Origin: Planctomycetota bacterium
GTDB taxonomy: Bacteria > Planctomycetota > UBA11346
DNA length: 64,000 nt
Assembly (NCBI GenBank): GCA_038231435.1
Contig: JBBRLJ010000001.1
Span: 128,001-192,000 of the forward strand
Direction of reading: 5' to 3'
In this document: in pieces, positions 18,970-29,900 of the stretch
How positions within the stretch are numbered: the first letter of the stretch is position 1
Layout of the letters: each line of letters starts with the position of its first letter
Translations under genes and position numbers: made by a program
The notes under the pieces: model-generated
What the model saw: the letters and a program-made list of their open reading frames with translations, nothing else
What the model was told of the DNA's origin: nothing
The model's database searches: none

Positions 18970-21693
18970 CTACTTCGCGGAGGCGGACTTGGCGGAGGTG
19001 GTGGCGGCGGTGGTCGAGAAGGCGGCGGTGAAGACATAGGTGCCGGCGCCGGTCTCGATGACGGCGTAGCCAGGTTCGTGGCGGGCGGGAGTCGGCCAGG
19101 GCTTGCCGGCTTCGCGCAGGGATGCGGTGTCGGAGGTCGGGATCCAGATCTCGGCGCTGGTGTTCGGGGGCACGGTCACCACGAGCGTGAGCGCGCCCTG
19201 GGCGTGCGTCCACGAGCTGCGGATCTCGCCGTGGATGCAGCGGTGGGTCGCCTCGGCCCTGGTGAGGCCGCCGCCGATGCGGGGGCGGATGCGCATGCGC
19301 TTGAAGCCGGGCTCGAGCAGGTCGATGCCGGCGACGTCAGAAAACAGCCACTCGCCGCACGCGCCGTAGGCGTAATGGCTGTAGGAGTTCATGCCGGGAT
19401 CGGCGGGGCCCTCCTCCTTCTTCCAGCCGTTCCAGCGTTCCCAGATGGTGGTCGCGCCCTGGGTGATCGGATAGAGCCACGACGGGTAGGTGGTGGTGTT
19501 GAGCAGTCGGTAGGCGACATCGGTGCGGCCATTGGCGCTGAGCACCGGCAGCAGGTACGGCAGACCGACGAATCCGGTGGACAGGTGCCAGTCGCGCGCG
19601 GCGATGCATGCCACCAGCTTCTCGACCGCTGCGGCGCGCAGCGCGGCCGGCACCAGATCGAAATGCAGCGCGAGCAGGTAGATGGTCTGCGTCTCGTCGT
19701 CCGTGCGCTTGCCGAGGATCGTGCCATCGGCCTTCACGAACTCGCGCTGGAACGCCTTCTTCACCTTCTCGTGCAGCTCGCGGAAGCGCGTCGCCTCGGC
19801 CTGCTTGCCCAGCACCTCGGCCGCCTCGGCGACGAGCTTGGCGCCGTGCGCGTAGAACGCCGTCATGATCACTTCGGGCGGAGTCCAGCAGTCGACCTGC
19901 AGCCAGTCGCCGAAGACGATGAACTGCTTGTCGCGGTGGTAGCGGATGTTGATGCCCTCGATCGCGGTGCGGTCGCAGTACTCGACCCACTTCACCATCG
20001 CCGGGAACATCGCCGCCAGGATGTCCTTGTCGGCGTAGCAGCGCCACATGGTGAGCGGGCATATGGTACCAGCGTCGGCCCACGCGGCGTCGCCGCGCTC
20101 GAGTCCCCACACGCCGCCAAGGCCGGGGACCTGCGGGGCGATGTTCGGGAATGTGCCGTCGGCGTTCTGCGCGTCGCGCAGGTCCTGCAGCCATTTGGTG
20201 AAGAACGCGGCGATGTCGCGACTGCAGATCGCGGTGCGGATGTAGGCCTGGGCGTCGCCCGTCCAGCCGAGGCGCTCGTCGCGCTGCGGGCAGTCGGTCG
20301 GCACTTCGAGGTAGTTCGCCCGCTGGGTGCGGACGATGTTGCCATACAGCTTGTCGATCATCGGATCCGAGCAGGTGAACGATCCGGCGGCGGGACAGTC
20401 GCTGCCGAGCACGATGCCGGTGATGGCGTCCAGCGGTGGTTCGCCGGGCCAACCGGCCACCTCGACGTATTGGAAGCCGTGGAAGGTGAAGCGCGGTTCC
20501 CAGATCTCCTCGCCGGTGCCCGCCGCGGTGAAGACGTCGATGCTGGTGGCGGTGCGCAAGTTGTCGACGTAGAGCTGACGATCGGGTGTCACCATCTCGC
20601 CGTGGCGCAGGCGGATGGTGGTGCCCGCAGGTGCGCGCAGGCGGATGCGCACGCGGCCGGCGATGTTCTCGCCGAGATCGAAGATCCAGGATCCCGGGCG
20701 CGCCTGCCAGCGCGCGACTGGTTTGACCTCGGACAGGCGGCGCACCGGCGGCCCTTGGTGAGCCTGGAGGATCGGCGCGTCTCCGATCGCGGTGGCGTTG
20801 ACCTTGTGCCAGCCCTTCGCGTCGAAACCGGCGCGGTCCCAGCCTATCGGCTCGGCTCCGCCATCGTACAGCTCGCCCTTGAGGAAGGTTGATGACAGCA
20901 CCGGACTGTTTGCGGTGCGCCACTGGTCATCGCTGACGATCCAGGTGACGGTGCCATCGGCGTGCTCCAGGCGCAGCAGCATCAGCAACTCGCAGCGGCC
21001 ACCCCAGATGTGGGCCTTGCCCTCCCATCCGACCGGTCCCTTGTACCAGCCGTCGTTGATCTGGGCCGACAGCACCCGCTCACCGGCTGCTCCAGAGTCG
21101 TTGACGAGTGCAGTGACGTCATGGCAACGATACAGGAGCCGCTTCGCGTAATCGGTCCAGCCGGGCGCGAACTGCTCGTCGCTGACCGGGCGTCCGTTGA
21201 TCCACGCCAGGAAGATGCCACGCGCCGTCGCATAGAGGCGAGCGTCCGTGACCGGCTTGTCCAGGCTGAACGAGCGGCGGAAGTACGGGCTGTTGCTCGA
21301 CACCTGGGCCGGGCTGTGGATCCACTGCCCGCGCCACTCCTCGCGCTTCAGGATGCCCATGGCCCAGCCGGCGACCGCGCTCCACGGCGAGGCGACGCCC
21401 GTCTCGTCCCACACCTGCACGCGCCAGGCGGCGCGTTGAAAGCTGGCGAGCGGCGTACCCGCGTAGTGGATGTGCGCCGATGCGTCAGACTCGATCCGAC
21501 CAGAATCCCAGAGCAGGGAACGCCCGGCGAGCAGATCGGCACCGGTCTTGGCCACTACCACGCGATAGGCCGTCTGGCGCGCGCCGCGCGCCGCGCTGTC
21601 CGAGCGCCACGACAACCGCGGGTCCGGACGCTCGATGGCGAGCGGGTGCTCCAGGTATTCGCAAGCGAGGGCGACGGGGGTCAGCGAGCTCAT
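18970..21693 (-). CDS. Alpha-L-rhamnosidase (GH78)
   Basis: PRLSW, PGWTDY, PRFTFHGFQY, PTDCPQRDERLGWTGD, GATTIWERW, MNSYSHYAYG. Confidence 0.95.
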   Translation of the reverse strand: MSSLTPVALACEYLEHPLAIERPDPRLSWRSDSAARGARQTAYRVVVAKTGADLLAGRSLLWDSGRIESDASAHIHYAGTPLASFQRAAWRVQVWDETGVASPWSAVAGWAMGILKREEWRGQWIHSPAQVSSNSPYFRRSFSLDKPVTDARLYATARGIFLAWINGRPVSDEQFAPGWTDYAKRLLYRCHDVTALVNDSGAAGERVLSAQINDGWYKGPVGWEGKAHIWGGRCELLMLLRLEHADGTVTWIVSDDQWRTANSPVLSSTFLKGELYDGGAEPIGWDRAGFDAKGWHKVNATAIGDAPILQAHQGPPVRRLSEVKPVARWQARPGSWIFDLGENIAGRVRIRLRAPAGTTIRLRHGEMVTPDRQLYVDNLRTATSIDVFTAAGTGEEIWEPRFTFHGFQYVEVAGWPGEPPLDAITGIVLGSDCPAAGSFTCSDPMIDKLYGNIVRTQRANYLEVPTDCPQRDERLGWTGDAQAYIRTAICSRDIAAFFTKWLQDLRDAQNADGTFPNIAPQVPGLGGVWGLERGDAAWADAGTICPLTMWRCYADKDILAAMFPAMVKWVEYCDRTAIEGINIRYHRDKQFIVFGDWLQVDCWTPPEVIMTAFYAHGAKLVAEAAEVLGKQAEATRFRELHEKVKKAFQREFVKADGTILGKRTDDETQTIYLLALHFDLVPAALRAAAVEKLVACIAARDWHLSTGFVGLPYLLPVLSANGRTDVAYRLLNTTTYPSWLYPITQGATTIWERWNGWKKEEGPADPGMNSYSHYAYGACGEWLFSDVAGIDLLEPGFKRMRIRPRIGGGLTRAEATHRCIHGEIRSSWTHAQGALTLVVTVPPNTSAEIWIPTSDTASLREAGKPWPTPARHEPGYAVIETGAGTYVFTAAFSTTAATTSAKSASAK

Positions 21694-21773
21694 GGCGTCT
21701 CCAGTGCTGGCAGACTACGTGGCGGGTCTTGACTTTGGCGCCACCGACCGCGACGAATTAGCACGAAAACGTC

Positions 21774-22652
21774 ATGAAGACCGTCAACCTCATTGGCCCC
21801 GCGACCTTCCCCATCGCCCTACGGCGCATGGATCCGCAGGATGACATGGCACTGCACAGCCACGACAACATCGAACTGGTGGTGATCATCGGCGGTTCTG
21901 GTCGCCACCGCACCCGCGATGGCCGGTACGCCCTCGCGCGCGGCGATGTCTTCGTCGTGCCAGTGGGCATGCCCCACGGCTACGAGCGCGTCGATGGTCT
22001 GCGCCTGGTGAACCTGGTCTTCGATCCGGTGCGTGCCGAACTGCCTCTGGGCCGCCTCGCGTCGCTGCCCGGCTACCACGCCCTGGTCAGCCTCGAGCCT
22101 GGCCTGCGTCGCCATCACGACTTCTCGGGCCACCTGCGCCTCGACGAACCAGCGCTGGCGTGGCTCGAGCGCGCGCTCGACGACCTGGAGGCAGAGCTCG
22201 CGTCGCGCACGCCCGCCTGGGACCAGGCCTCGTGCGCCTGGCTGCTGCAGATCCTCATCCGCCTGGCGCGTCTCTACGCCGACCACGATGCTCCGGCCTC
22301 TCGACTGGTGGTGCGGCTCGGCGCGGTGCTGGCGCATCTCGAGACCCATCTCGACCAGGACCTCGACCTCGATCGCCTGGGCAGGATCGGCGGCATGTCC
22401 AAGAGCACCCTGCAACGCTGCTTCCGCGCGCTCTACGGCGTGCCGGTGAAGCGCCACGTCACCGATCTGCGCCTGCGCGTCGCGCGCGACCTGCTCGCCA
22501 GCGGCCTGCCGGTGGCCGAGGTCGGCCGACGCGTCGGGATCCACGACGCCAACTACTTCTCGCGCGTCTTCCGCCGCGGCGTGGGCACCACTGCGGGGAG
22601 TTTCCGCGCGCGCGCACGCTCCACCTCCACCTCCATTCAGACGGCGAAATAA
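21774..22652 (+). CDS. AraC family regulator (RhaR/RhaS-like), divergent from the rhamnosidase
   Basis: Cupin HSHDNIELV...H, C-terminal DANYFSRVFR. Confidence 0.9.
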   Translation: MKTVNLIGPATFPIALRRMDPQDDMALHSHDNIELVVIIGGSGRHRTRDGRYALARGDVFVVPVGMPHGYERVDGLRLVNLVFDPVRAELPLGRLASLPGYHALVSLEPGLRRHHDFSGHLRLDEPALAWLERALDDLEAELASRTPAWDQASCAWLLQILIRLARLYADHDAPASRLVVRLGAVLAHLETHLDQDLDLDRLGRIGGMSKSTLQRCFRALYGVPVKRHVTDLRLRVARDLLASGLPVAEVGRRVGIHDANYFSRVFRRGVGTTAGSFRARARSTSTSIQTAK

Positions 22653-23560
22653 CGCATCTCGATCGCCGGCGCGAACACGTGCCGCGAGATCGGCAGGCTG
22701 GTGTTGCCCTCGGGCGCCGACGGATCGTGATTGAGCTTGGCCTTCGACGGTGGATGGCCGAACAGGCGCCGGTAGCACCGGCTGAAGTACAGGGGATCGG
22801 GAAAGCCGCACGACCGCGCCGCCTCCTTGGCGCTCGCCCCCTCCTGCAGCATGCGCCGTCCCTTCCACAACCGCCGTTGCAGCAGGTACTGCTTCGGCGT
22901 ATTTCCGGTATAGCGGCGGAAGGTGCGGATGAATGCCTCGGTGCCCAGGCCGAACTCGCGTGCCAGCTCCGAGATGCGCGGCATGCGCGGTTCGTCCTCC
23001 AACCGCGCGATCAGTTTCTCCCAAGGATTCAGCCGCAGGGTGCGCGCGCGTCGGCGATGGAACGCGGCCTCGCAGGCGAGGCGCTGGATGTCGAGCACCG
23101 CGGCAGCCGATTCCAGCCGCCACGTCGGAGACGCCTGCAGCAGTGATTGGATCACCCGATCCCACAACGCGATCAGCGCGCCCATGCGCTCGCCCACCGC
23201 TACGCGATGCGGCAATGCGCCGAGTTCCGGCAGCACCGGTACGCCGTCCGCGAGCGCGTCGAGACCCGCATGCCAATGCAGCTGGTAGAAGGACAGGGGC
23301 CCGGATCGGTCGACCTCGTATTGGTTCACCCCTGGGCCGAACCATACCAGGTCGCCCGGACCGGCGATGCCAGCGCCGCCCTCGGGGAATGCGAAGTGCA
23401 TCGCGCCACCGGTGACCAGGCAGTAATGGAGTCCACGCACGCGGTAGCGGGGCGCGATCGGCGGCTGACTGACATAGAAACCCGCCATCAGCACCTGCGG
23501 GGCCAGGCGCTCGGGAGGGATATGTGGCCAAGGGAGCTCGGGCAGCGATTGCGGTGCCAT
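22637..23560 (-). CDS. AraC family transcriptional regulator
   Basis: FIRTFRRYTGNTPKQY, CGFPDPLYFSRCY; overlaps the convergent AraC gene by 16 nt. Confidence 0.88.
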   Translation of the reverse strand: MAPQSLPELPWPHIPPERLAPQVLMAGFYVSQPPIAPRYRVRGLHYCLVTGGAMHFAFPEGGAGIAGPGDLVWFGPGVNQYEVDRSGPLSFYQLHWHAGLDALADGVPVLPELGALPHRVAVGERMGALIALWDRVIQSLLQASPTWRLESAAAVLDIQRLACEAAFHRRRARTLRLNPWEKLIARLEDEPRMPRISELAREFGLGTEAFIRTFRRYTGNTPKQYLLQRRLWKGRRMLQEGASAKEAARSCGFPDPLYFSRCYRRLFGHPPSKAKLNHDPSAPEGNTSLPISRHVFAPAIEMRYFAV

Positions 23561-23635
23561 CAGCGTCTGGCTCCGGCTACGAGGTCAGGGCCAATTTCAT
23601 CCATGCCGGAGTCACGATATTCCATACCACATCTG

Positions 23636-23665
23636 TTGGAAGAGCGAAATGCCCCGGCATATAAT
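23636..23665 (+). promoter_or_regulatory. Candidate sigma70 promoter for the dehydrogenase operon
   Basis: TTGGAA (23636-23641)-N18-TATAAT (23660-23665) in an AT-richer divergent intergenic region. Confidence 0.4.
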
Positions 23666-23734
23666 GGATCCAGCGCAGCGACAGACCCCCTCGGACCAGC
23701 CCAGACTTCCTCACATGGATGAAAGAGAGATGCC

Positions 23735-24775
23735 GTGAGCACCCCAGCCAGCCAGCAAGCCACCGCGCCGACGCCCCAGACCTCGGCCAAGGCCGCCGCG
23801 GTGGTCTTCGACCAGGAACGCCGCGCGAGCATGCGCGACATCGTGATGCCGCCACCGGCGCGCGACCAGGTGCGTGTGCGCACCGAGTTCTCGTCCATCA
23901 GCTCCGGCACCGAGGGCTGGGCGTTCAAGAACGAGTTCTCGTGGAGCGCCACTTCCTTCCCGTGCGTCCCCGGCTACCAGCGCGTCGGCACCATCACCGC
24001 GCTCGGAGAGAACGTCACCGGCTGGGCGATCGGCGATCGGGTGATGGCCACGACCGGCGTATGGTCTGGCGACGTCACTCCCTTCTGGGGCTCGCACGTG
24101 GCCGAAGCCAACACCTGGGCCGGCGAACTGTGGCGCCTGCCAGCGGGAGTCGATGCGGTCGATGCGTCGGGCCTGGTAGTGGCGCAGGTCGGTTTCAACG
24201 CGGCATCGAGGCTCGATCTGGCCGCCGGCGACTGGGTCGCGGTGTACGGCGACGGCATGATCGGGCAGTGCGCGGCGCAGGCGGCGCGGGCGCGCGGCGC
24301 GCGGGTGGTGCTCATCGGCCACCGCGACGAGCGCGTGGCGCTCGCGGCCAAGCACAGCGCGGACTTCGCGGTGAACGCCAAGACCAGCGACGCCGCGGCA
24401 TTCGTCCATGACCTCACTGGCGGCAAGCCGGTGCGCGGCGTGCTCGACACCATCCAGTCCGAGACGGTCCAACGCGCCTACATGCCGCTGCTCGAGTACG
24501 CACGCGGCCAGATCGTGTACTCGGGATTCACCCCCGGCACCACCTGGGCGGACATGGCCGAACTGCAGAAGCGCGAGCTCACCACGCATTATGTCGCCGG
24601 CTGGACGCGTCCGCGCATGGACGCGACCCTGGCGCTTATGGCCGCGGGCAAGATGCGTCTGCGCCCGCTCATCACCCATCTGGTGCCGCACACCCGCGGC
24701 GCCGACATGTACCGCATGATCCTCGATAAAACCGAACCATTCGTGGGCATCGCCCTCGACTGGGCCAGGAGCTGA
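23735..24775 (+). CDS. Medium-chain dehydrogenase/reductase (alcohol dehydrogenase-like, canonical Zn ligands absent)
   Basis: SSISSGTE and PGYQ in place of C..D/GHE; GDGMIG nucleotide-binding motif; LITH. Confidence 0.82.
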   Translation: MSTPASQQATAPTPQTSAKAAAVVFDQERRASMRDIVMPPPARDQVRVRTEFSSISSGTEGWAFKNEFSWSATSFPCVPGYQRVGTITALGENVTGWAIGDRVMATTGVWSGDVTPFWGSHVAEANTWAGELWRLPAGVDAVDASGLVVAQVGFNAASRLDLAAGDWVAVYGDGMIGQCAAQAARARGARVVLIGHRDERVALAAKHSADFAVNAKTSDAAAFVHDLTGGKPVRGVLDTIQSETVQRAYMPLLEYARGQIVYSGFTPGTTWADMAELQKRELTTHYVAGWTRPRMDATLALMAAGKMRLRPLITHLVPHTRGADMYRMILDKTEPFVGIALDWARS

Positions 24776-24778
24776 ACC

Positions 24779-25699
24779 ATGAAGATCCTCATCACCGGCG
24801 CCTGCGGGCTCGTCGCCCGCTCCCTCATCGCCGAACTCGAATCCAACCACCAGCTGACCCTGGTCGACCGCACCGACCCGCGCGAAGCGACGGTGTTCTC
24901 ACCCGGTTCGGCTGAACGCAAGAAGGTGCCGCTCGAGACCCGCTGGCCGTTCATCAAGGCCGAGATCACCGACCACGCGGCGATGCGCGAAGCGGTGCGC
25001 GGCCATGACGCGGTCATCCATCTCGCCGCCGCCGTCACCGGCCTGCCCGAGCACGGCGTCGAGACCATGCACGCCAACGTCTGCGGCACCTTCGCGGTGC
25101 TCGACGCCTGCCGGCTCGAGGGCGTGAAGCGCTTCCTGTGCGCGTCGTCGATCAATGCCTTCGGCACCATCTACTGGCGCGTCAGCGGCAAGGCCCCGGT
25201 CTACACCAGCATGCCGTTGACCGAGGACTTCGCCGTCCAGGTCGAGGATCCCTACAGCCTCAGCAAGTACGTCAACGAGCTGACCTGCGCGGCGTTCACC
25301 CGCGGTTACGGCATGACCACCGCCGCCTTCCGCTTCGCCGGCATTATCACCGACCAGCAGTACCGCGAGGCGCTGGCCTGGGACGGCACCATCACCTCGT
25401 GGTCGGACGACCTCTTCCAGTGGGTGCATCTCGAGGACGTCGCGCACGGCATCCGCCAGGCCGTCGAGCATCCGAATCTACCCGCGCATGGCGTCTACAC
25501 CCTGGGCGCCGCGGACACCCGCGCCAACGAGACTACCATGCAGCTGCTCGAGCGTTTCCGCCCCGACCTGGCGGCGAACCTCACCAAGCCGCTGCCTGGC
25601 CGCACCGCGCTGATGTCGATCGACGCCGCGCGCCAGGCCTTCGGCTACGAGCCGCGCTTCCGCATGGAGCGCAAGATCCAGCGCGCCGCGGCGCGCTGA
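24779..25699 (+). CDS. NAD-dependent epimerase/dehydratase (extended SDR)
   Basis: ITGACGLVA, IHLAA, ASS, YSLSK. Confidence 0.88.
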   Translation: MKILITGACGLVARSLIAELESNHQLTLVDRTDPREATVFSPGSAERKKVPLETRWPFIKAEITDHAAMREAVRGHDAVIHLAAAVTGLPEHGVETMHANVCGTFAVLDACRLEGVKRFLCASSINAFGTIYWRVSGKAPVYTSMPLTEDFAVQVEDPYSLSKYVNELTCAAFTRGYGMTTAAFRFAGIITDQQYREALAWDGTITSWSDDLFQWVHLEDVAHGIRQAVEHPNLPAHGVYTLGAADTRANETTMQLLERFRPDLAANLTKPLPGRTALMSIDAARQAFGYEPRFRMERKIQRAAAR

Positions 25700-25701
25700 G
25701 C

Positions 25702-26859
25702 GTGGGGCCGGCCAGGGCGTTGCTCGGTGTGCTCGCGGCATTTGCCGCCATGACCGCGGCGCCTGTCGCGCTCACGGCGGCCGAAATCACGAGCGATGTC
25801 TGGCTGATCTCGGGCCAATCGAACGCCTGCGGCTGGGCGGTCGGCGAGGGACACCAGCCTGACCCGCGCGTCCAGATCTACGATCCGGCGAAACGCGCGT
25901 GGGCGATGGCGGCGGAACCGCTGGCCCTGCTGCACGGCACCGGCGTCGGGCCTTGGCACTCCGCAGCGCTCGTGGTCGCGCAAGGCGGCATCAAGGTGGG
26001 CCTCACCGGATTCGCGGATCCGGGCAAGCCGATCGCGAACTGGGATCCCGGCGCGGTCGACATGGTCGGCCTCGAACGCAGCATCCACGAGCAGGGCGGC
26101 GAGGGCGCCGGCGTATTCCTATGGTACCAGGGCGAAAGCGATGCGAACACCGCGATGGATACGCCGACCTACCAGGCGAAGCTGCGCGATCTGATCGCCC
26201 GGGTTCGAAAGTCGGCGAGGAATCCGACGATGACCGCGGTGATCATCCAACTCGCCTACTGGGGACCTTCCGTAGCCAATGCCGTCGCCATCCGCGAGGC
26301 GCAGCGCTGCTTCGTCATCGATGACGGCAATGCGCTGCTGGTTCCGGCCCTCGGCCTGCCGATGCAGGGAGACGGCGGCCACCTGACGCGCGAGGGCTAC
26401 TTCTCGCTCGGCGAGCGGATCGCAAAAGCGCTGCTCAAGACCCGCTACCATCGCAAGGACATCGATTGGCCAGGCCCGGTGCTCGACGCCGCCACGCTGG
26501 GGCAGGGCGGCACCGTGATGGCGCACTTCGCCGAGACCAAGCGCATCGCCGCCTGCGCCGCGGGTGACTTCTGCGTGCTGGACAAGGATGGCGTGAACAC
26601 GTGCACCGAGGCTCAGGCGCAGGGCACCCGCGTCGCGCTCTCGTTCGCGCGTCCGGTGAAGCCGCCCGCGCGGCTGGTAGTGGGATACGGCCAGGCCATA
26701 CCCCTCACTCTGGCGGACGAGGCGGGAAACCCCGGTCCGGCGGCGATTCTCCAGATCGCCGCGGGAGCCGTTCCTGGCGATGGCGTGACCTCGGCCCCCA
26801 ACGGGGCAGGTCGCCCCTCAGAGGCCGGGATGCACACCGTCAATAAGCCAAGCCACTAG
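25702..26859 (+). CDS. Secreted sialate O-acetylesterase / CE6-like (SASA) esterase
   Basis: SGQSNA, WYQGESD, DGGHL; signal peptide; GTG start inferred. Confidence 0.82.
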   Translation: MGPARALLGVLAAFAAMTAAPVALTAAEITSDVWLISGQSNACGWAVGEGHQPDPRVQIYDPAKRAWAMAAEPLALLHGTGVGPWHSAALVVAQGGIKVGLTGFADPGKPIANWDPGAVDMVGLERSIHEQGGEGAGVFLWYQGESDANTAMDTPTYQAKLRDLIARVRKSARNPTMTAVIIQLAYWGPSVANAVAIREAQRCFVIDDGNALLVPALGLPMQGDGGHLTREGYFSLGERIAKALLKTRYHRKDIDWPGPVLDAATLGQGGTVMAHFAETKRIAACAAGDFCVLDKDGVNTCTEAQAQGTRVALSFARPVKPPARLVVGYGQAIPLTLADEAGNPGPAAILQIAAGAVPGDGVTSAPNGAGRPSEAGMHTVNKPSH

Positions 26860-26966
26860 GAGACGCCGCCTCCACATCTGTCTCGCCGATCGACAGACCG
26901 CATCCAGGAAGTTCCATTCACACTTCCGATGCCGTCATGTGGTATCATATGGAGTGAGTACACGGC

Positions 26967-29900
26967 ATGCCTGAGGGGTCGAGTGTCGGCGGCGGTCCAC
27001 CGCCCGCCTCCGAGCAGGCATTCTCACGCACCGTCCCCGGCGATTCGTTGACAGCCGAGGGAGCGCAGGCTCATTACCTGCGCACCCAGACCACCGGCTT
27101 CGCTCCGCGACAACCCACAGCCGAGGCGGGACCACCGGTGCTCGCCGGCGAGGCCCTGGGGGAGCGTCTGCGCTCGCACGGACTGCTCTCCGATCAGGAG
27201 CCGACGAGCGGCACGCGTTACGAATTGCACGGGATGCTCGGGGTCGGCGCCACCGGCCAGGTCTTTGCCGTGCGCGACCGCAACCTCGGCCGCGAAGTCG
27301 CGGTGAAGGTGCTCACCACCACCGCGGTGGCCGATCGTTCCGGCGTAGCATCGTTCATCGACGAGGCGCGCATCACCGCGTCGCTGACCCATCCCAACGT
27401 GCTGCCGGTGTACGAGATCGACATCACCAGCCAGGGGCAGCCCTACTTCACCATGGGCAAGGTCTCGGGCCAGACCCTGGGCGAGGCGATCCAGCGATCC
27501 ACGGACGGACACCGTGATGCGCGGATCGCATCCACCAACGCGCTGGTCAGCATCATCATCGGCGTCGGCAACGCGCTCTCGTACGCGCACGACCACGGCC
27601 TCGTCCACCAGGACATCAAGCCCGACAATATCCTGCTCGGCGATTTCGGCGAAGTCCTGGTCCTGGATTGGGGCAGCGCCACGCAGTGGCCCACCACGGG
27701 AACCTCCAAGCTCTACGGCACGCCCATCTACATGAGCCCCGAGCAGGCTCGACGCGAACAATCGACTCCACTGAGCGACGTGTACTGCCTTGGCGCCACG
27801 CTGTTCCATGCGCTTCTGCTGCGCTTCCCGACCTGGGCAGATGATCCGGAGACGTTCTGGGAGCGGAAGCAGCGCGGCGAGATCGATCCACCGACCAGTG
27901 ATGAGCTGCGCGCGGCTCCGCGTGCGCTGGTCGAGATCAGCCTCAAGGCGATGGCGCCGCAGTCGGCCCACCGCTATCCCACCATGAAGGAACTGGTGCG
28001 GGATCTCGAACGCTACCAGGCGGGGTTCGCGGTGACCGCGCTGCGCGAGGGCTGGCGCCTGAGCCTGCTGCGCTGGTACCGCAGGAATCGCCGTGTGTTC
28101 TGGATCTCCACGGCTGCCGTGGCAATGGTATCAGCGATCGGGACGGCGCTCGTGGGCGAGAAGCTGAAGGAGCGCCAGGATTGGTCGGGCCCATGCAACC
28201 TGGATCTGGTCCACGCCACGCCAGAGAACCTGTCGGCGGAGTGGGACCTGATGACCAAGCCTGCATGGGGCCCAGGCACCTGGGAGTCGGTGCCCTTCAC
28301 CGACGCGCAGAAATTCAGTTATGGCGGCGGATCACTCGATCTCATCTGCGGCAACTATGCGCTCGACCTGGAATGGAAGCGCACCATCAGCGGCGATTTC
28401 AAGGTCGAATGGGACTACACCGCGATTCGCACCCAACAGAACCTCAACTGCTTCATCGGCGACAATCGCGAGTCCGGCTACACCTTCCATATCTCGTCTT
28501 GGGGTGACACCACCTTCATGGTGATGACCACCGGGGCGGAATTCCGCATGGTGGACATGCGGGTCGCTGAGCGTCCATTCGTCATGAACCACGCCTACCA
28601 TTTCGTCATGGAAAGGAAGGACCGGCACGCGCAGCTCAGCATCGACGGAAATAAAGTCCTCGATTTCATGGATGTCGAGCACGAATTGCCGCAACGCTTC
28701 GGCTTGGACTGCTTTACCAACCAGGATCTGCGCATCGCCAACCTGCACGTCTATCAGCGCCCCCTGCCGCAGCGCGTCTCACCGCTGGCGGTGGCCGCGA
28801 AACTCTACCAACTGGGGAACTTCGTCGAGGCCGAGCGCCAATATCAGGAGATCGCCAGCGCGTACCCGGGAAGCGATCTGGCGGTGAACGCATCGTTTTG
28901 GCTGGGCATGTGCGCTCTTCGCCTAGCGCACGTGGATCGCGGGATCGCGCTGCTCGAGTCGTTCGAGAAAGGCAATCCACGCCACGAACTGGTCCCATTC
29001 TCGCTCCATGCCCGCCTGGTGAATGCTGTCGAGTCGCATGATGATGAGGTCGAACGCACGTTGCGCACAGCCCTTGCCGCATTCCCTGGGCACCCGATAT
29101 CATGTACGGTGCTGCGCGAATTGGGCGAGGAGCGTCTCGAGCTGCTCAAACCCAAGCCGGTCGAGGATCCCTCGGACGACCCCTATCCGCCTGATATCGC
29201 GGAGCGCATCGTCGCAGCCATCGCCGAGATCCGGCAGTGGTCGGATCGCTACCGCACGCCGTGGCAGAACAACGCCTTCATCAGCGCCGCCGGCTTGCGC
29301 CTGATCCAGCTGGGACGGCTCGATGACGCCTTCGCCTCAATTCCGCGAGGAACCCACGAATACGCCCAAGCACTCTACCAGGCGGGCCAGTTCGACCGTG
29401 AGCTGGCCGAATATCCGACCAACAGCTGGTTGCATTCGGCGATCTCGAATTGCAGCCGTTCCGCGGAAGAGCTCTTCGCCGGCAAGGGCGACGAATGGAA
29501 TGTCACCTTCAAGCAGTACGTGCGGGGTGAGTTCGAACCGTTGCTCGCCAATCCCGACGATGCGTTGTGCGTCGAGATCCTTCTCGGCCAGAGGCGATGG
29601 GAGGACATCCTGCGCCTCTATCCCGAGACACCCCGTGACGACAGCGCCGATCGCAGCCCCCGTTTCCTCGCCATGATCGCGCTCGGCCGTTACGACGACG
29701 TGCTCGCGCAGGCCAAACATCCGCGCATGCGAGCGATGGCCGAGATCGCCGCTGGCCACATCGAGCAGGGCCTGGCGGAAGGCCGTGATCACGAGGAGAT
29801 CCGCTCTCTCGTCGGCTTACGCTGGCGAGAGGCCAACGATCCACGCGGCGTGGCCCTGCTCGAACGCGTCGCCGCCGGTCCCACCGACTTCACGCAGCAG

